Below, piece after piece: positions 60,784 to 64,000 of a stretch of DNA of 64,000 bases (within the stretch, counting starts at the first letter, position 1; the number at the start of each line of letters is the position of its first letter). Source of the stretch: Candidatus Eiseniibacteriota bacterium (GTDB taxonomy: Bacteria > Eisenbacteria > RBG-16-71-46 > CAIMUX01 > VGJL01); the NCBI GenBank assembly GCA_963792585.1, contig CAWBWI010000003.1:320001-384000 (forward strand), written 5' to 3'. The notes below the pieces were generated by a model. The model worked only from the letters and a program-made list of their open reading frames with translations. It ran no database searches and was not told where the DNA came from. Position numbers and translations under genes: made by a program.

Positions 60784-62029
60784 CTACTGCGGGTTCGCTA
60801 TGCGCACGCGCTGGCCCTTGCGAAGACGCGCCGGCTTCAGGACGACCTGGTCCCCCTCGGCCACGCCGGACGCAATCTCAGCCGTCGCGCCTTGGGTCAT
60901 CAGGATCGTTTCCCCGAGCGTGACCACGGCCTGTTCGACCTTGCCGTTGCGGACGATCCATACGAACCGTTCGCCGTTCTTCGATTGCACGGCCGCGGAC
61001 GGGAGGCGAATGACCCTTCGGACCGTTACGATCGCGGTCGTGGGACGGGTTTTCAGGAAGGAGACCTTGGCGCCGAGATCGGGACGGATCCGCGGGATCC
61101 TCTGAGAGGAAGCGGACACGAACGGGGATTGTCGCCTTGTCGCGGTCCGCGGATGGGTAGACGGCGCGGACCTCGCCGGGGAAGTGAACATCGGGGTGCG
61201 CGTCGAGCACGACGTCTGCCGGCATCCCATCCGTGATACGGGCGATGTACGACTCGTTGACGTCGACGCCAACCTCGAGGGTCTTCATGTCGGCGATCGT
61301 GACGACGGCGCCCGCCCGGGCGGTGTTGCTCGTCATGATCGGTCCAACGATCTCTCCGACCTCGGCGTCTTTGCGAAGGACGACGCCGCTGAAAGGAGCG
61401 GTCACGCGAGTCTTCTCGAGGGCAAGTCTCGCCGTCTCGAGATTGGCCTGGGCGACGCGGACACTCGCTTCGGCGGCGGAACGATCCGCTCGGGCGGTTT
61501 CGGCTCCGGTCTGCGCGGCCTGCGCCTCCTCATCGGCGATCAGGTTCTGTGTGCGCAACTCCGCCCGGCGCTGCGCGCGGCGTCCAGCATCGGTCTCGGC
61601 GGCGCGCGCCTGTTCGAGTCGCGCCCGGGCGAGCGACAGGGCGGCGTCGGCCTGGCTCACCATCGCGCGCTCGTCTTCGTCGATCAGTCGCGCCACCATC
61701 TGGCCCAGCTGGACGGTGTCCCCCTCTTCCACGTTGACCTCGGCAAGGCGGCCCGTTGTACGCGCCGCGACTGCGGTCTGGTGACGCGCCTCGATGTAGC
61801 CGTTGGCGGTCAAGACCGAACCACCCTCTTCGGCGGGACCGCCCCCTTCCGTCTTGGCCGTGACGACCTCGACGGGGGTCGGTTTCAACAGGATCGAGAG
61901 GAGAACGATCAGGACGACCGCGCCCAAGAGGTAGAATGGCCAGCGGCGGCGACCGCGCGCCGCCCGCCGCTCGCCGTCGCGGATTCGAAGGCGCTCCAAA
62001 TCGGAGACCGAGGAAGTTCGATCGCTCAT
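60784..62029 (-). CDS. Efflux periplasmic adaptor (MacA-like), frameshift near 61100
   Basis: N-terminal TM, VEEGD.V..G, coiled coil, APFSGVV, DVNES, IRPDL...VSF. Confidence 0.88.
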
Positions 62030-62240
62030 TGGGGTCTCTCCACCGGCTTGCGGCCGGAAAACGTGTCGAAATCAGTCGGATGGGAGGCCGGTACCATGCA
62101 ACGAATTCGCCCCGCCGGCAGGGAACTGTCTATTCTCCCTGACGAGCCGCCATGTTTCAAGGAGCAAGCCGATCGCGGGCGGCGGGTCGTGGGTGCGGAT
62201 CGGCCGCGATGACGGGCCGTTGACCGATGGGGAAACAACG

Positions 62241-64000
62241 ATGCCGACGGATCTAAGGCCACGAACCACACGCACGGTCCTGCCGGGGCAGTACTATCCG
62301 CTGGGCGCGACGCTCGCCGCCGACGGGGTGAACTTCGCGATCTACTCGCAGCACGCGACCGAGGTGTTCCTGCTGCTGTTCGACGATCCCGCGGGGGATC
62401 CGACGGACGTCATCCGGCTCGAGGAGAGAACGCGGAACATTTGGCACGCATTCGTGCGCGGCCTGGGGCCGGGCGCCTCCTATGGCTACAAGATGCGGGG
62501 GCCATTCGACCCCGCGCACGGTTTGCGCTTCAACGAGAACAAGCTCCTGATCGACCCGTATGCAAGGGCGCTGAGCGGCAAGGCCCGAAACCGCGAGAAC
62601 CTACTTCTCCCGTACGATCCCACCTCGCCCGTGAAGGATCTCTCCATCGACACGCGCGACAATGTCCGGATCGTTCCCAAGGCGATCGTCGTCGACGACC
62701 GATTCGACTGGCAGGGCGACGCGCCCCCCGACCTTCCCCTGGAGAAGCTCGTCATCTACGAGGTTCACGTGAAAGGGTTCACCGCGCATCCGTCCTCGGG
62801 GGTTCGGAATCCCGGAACCTACCTCGGCTTCATCGAGAAGATCCCGCATCTGCAGCGGCTGGGCATCAACGCAGTCGAACTGCTTCCGATCCAGGAGTTC
62901 TACGTGGACGACTTCCTGATCGATCGGGGTCTGACGAACTACTGGGGCTACAACACGATCGGGTTCTTCGCCCCGGAGTCCTCCTACGCCTCGGGCGCGC
63001 GGGTGGGATGCCAGGTGGAGGAGTTCAAGTCCATGGTCCGCGCGCTCCACCGCGCAGGGATCGAAGTGATCCTCGACGTTGTGTACAACCACACGGCCGA
63101 GGGCAACGAGCAGGGTCCGATGCTCTCCTTCCGGGGAATCGACAATCCGGCCTATTACGCGCTGACCGGACCTCCGACGCGAACCACGGCGTTTCTACAT
63201 GAACTACACCGGTTGCGGCAACAGCATGAACGTGGCGAGCCCGGCACCGATCCGTCTCGTGATGGATTCGCTCCGTTACTGGGTGGAGGCGATGCACGTC
63301 GACGGTTTTCGCTTCGACCTCGCCTCGGTTCTCGGGCGGGAAGACGGAAGGTTCCAGAAGTCGGCCTCGTTCTTCGACGCGATCTCGCAAGATCCGGTGC
63401 TGAACAGGGTCAAGCTGATCGCCGAACCATGGGATCTGGCGACGTATCAAGTCGGCGGCTTTCCCGTCGACTGGTCGGAGTGGAACGGTCGATTTCGCGA
63501 CACGGTTCGTCGTTTCGTCAAGGGAGACGCGAACCAGGTGCGCGACCTCGGGTGGCGCCTCACCGGGTCGGCGGACCTGTACGCCGACGACGGACGCTCT
63601 CCGTACAACAGCATCAACTTCGTGACCTGCCACGATGGTTTCACATTGTGGGATCTGGTTTCGTACAACGGGAAGCACAACGAGGCGAACGGTGAAGGCA
63701 ACAGAGACGGCTCGGACGACAACAACTCCTGGAACTGCGGGGTGGAGGGAGAGACGGACGCCGTGGGGGTCAATCGGCTCCGGCGGCAACTGGCGAAGAA
63801 CTACATCTGCTCGCTCCTCTTCTCATCGGGCACGCCGATGCTCCTGGGCGGCGACGAGTTCTTACGGACCCAGGGCGGAAACAACAACGCCTACTGCCAG
63901 GACAACGAGACAAGCTGGTTCGACTGGGCCGAGGTGGAGCGAAACGCCGACTTCCTTGCCTTCACGAGGAAGGCGATCGCGTTCACGCGCAGATTCCCCC
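62241..64000 (+). CDS. glgX: Glycogen debranching enzyme/isoamylase (3' end outside the window; frameshift near 63185)
   Basis: [35 protein letters not shown], then [47 protein letters not shown]. Confidence 0.95.

Noticed and set aside
1..64000. CRISPR arrays, IS elements, prophage, rRNA or tRNA
   Set aside because: No repeat-spacer pattern, transposase, integrase, phage gene or structural RNA signature recognised.

Overview
GC-rich bacterial chromosomal window with about 57 genes and no rRNA, tRNA, CRISPR array or mobile element that I could recognise. Secreted proteins ending in FlgD-Ig-like domains and a gingipain-like protease suggest an FCB-related lineage such as Eisenbacteria, Latescibacterota or Krumholzibacteriota (inference only). 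In order: copper export cluster (cusA end, copA, YHS protein); metallophosphoesterase; a gdh operon with two PEP-synthase-like ATP-grasp proteins lacking the phospho-His domain, one fused to GAF-like and nucleotidyltransferase domains; secreted M23-like and Lys-gingipain-like proteases; housekeeping genes; a degenerate Fic protein; a thioredoxin / HesB-like selenoprotein / ECF sigma / zinc anti-sigma operon; a complete Rex-controlled [FeFe]-hydrogenase operon (rex, hydCBA, sensory hydrogenase-kinase, two regulators, hydE, hydG, aspA remnant, hydF); a probable ceramide/phosphosphingolipid operon; a long GreA; a SelW-like selenoprotein; Fpg; a MacAB-type ABC exporter; and the start of glgX. The ORF track misses two selenoproteins, read here directly from the DNA. 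The strongest candidates for an undescribed system are (i) an ECF sigma factor whose conserved N-terminus has no canonical start codon and lies in frame behind a selenoprotein, possibly making its translation selenium-dependent, and (ii) the GDH-linked ATP-grasp/nucleotidyltransferase pair. Many genes at 40.5-47, 49.4-52.6 and 58.6-63.2 kb carry small indels that look like sequencing or assembly errors.
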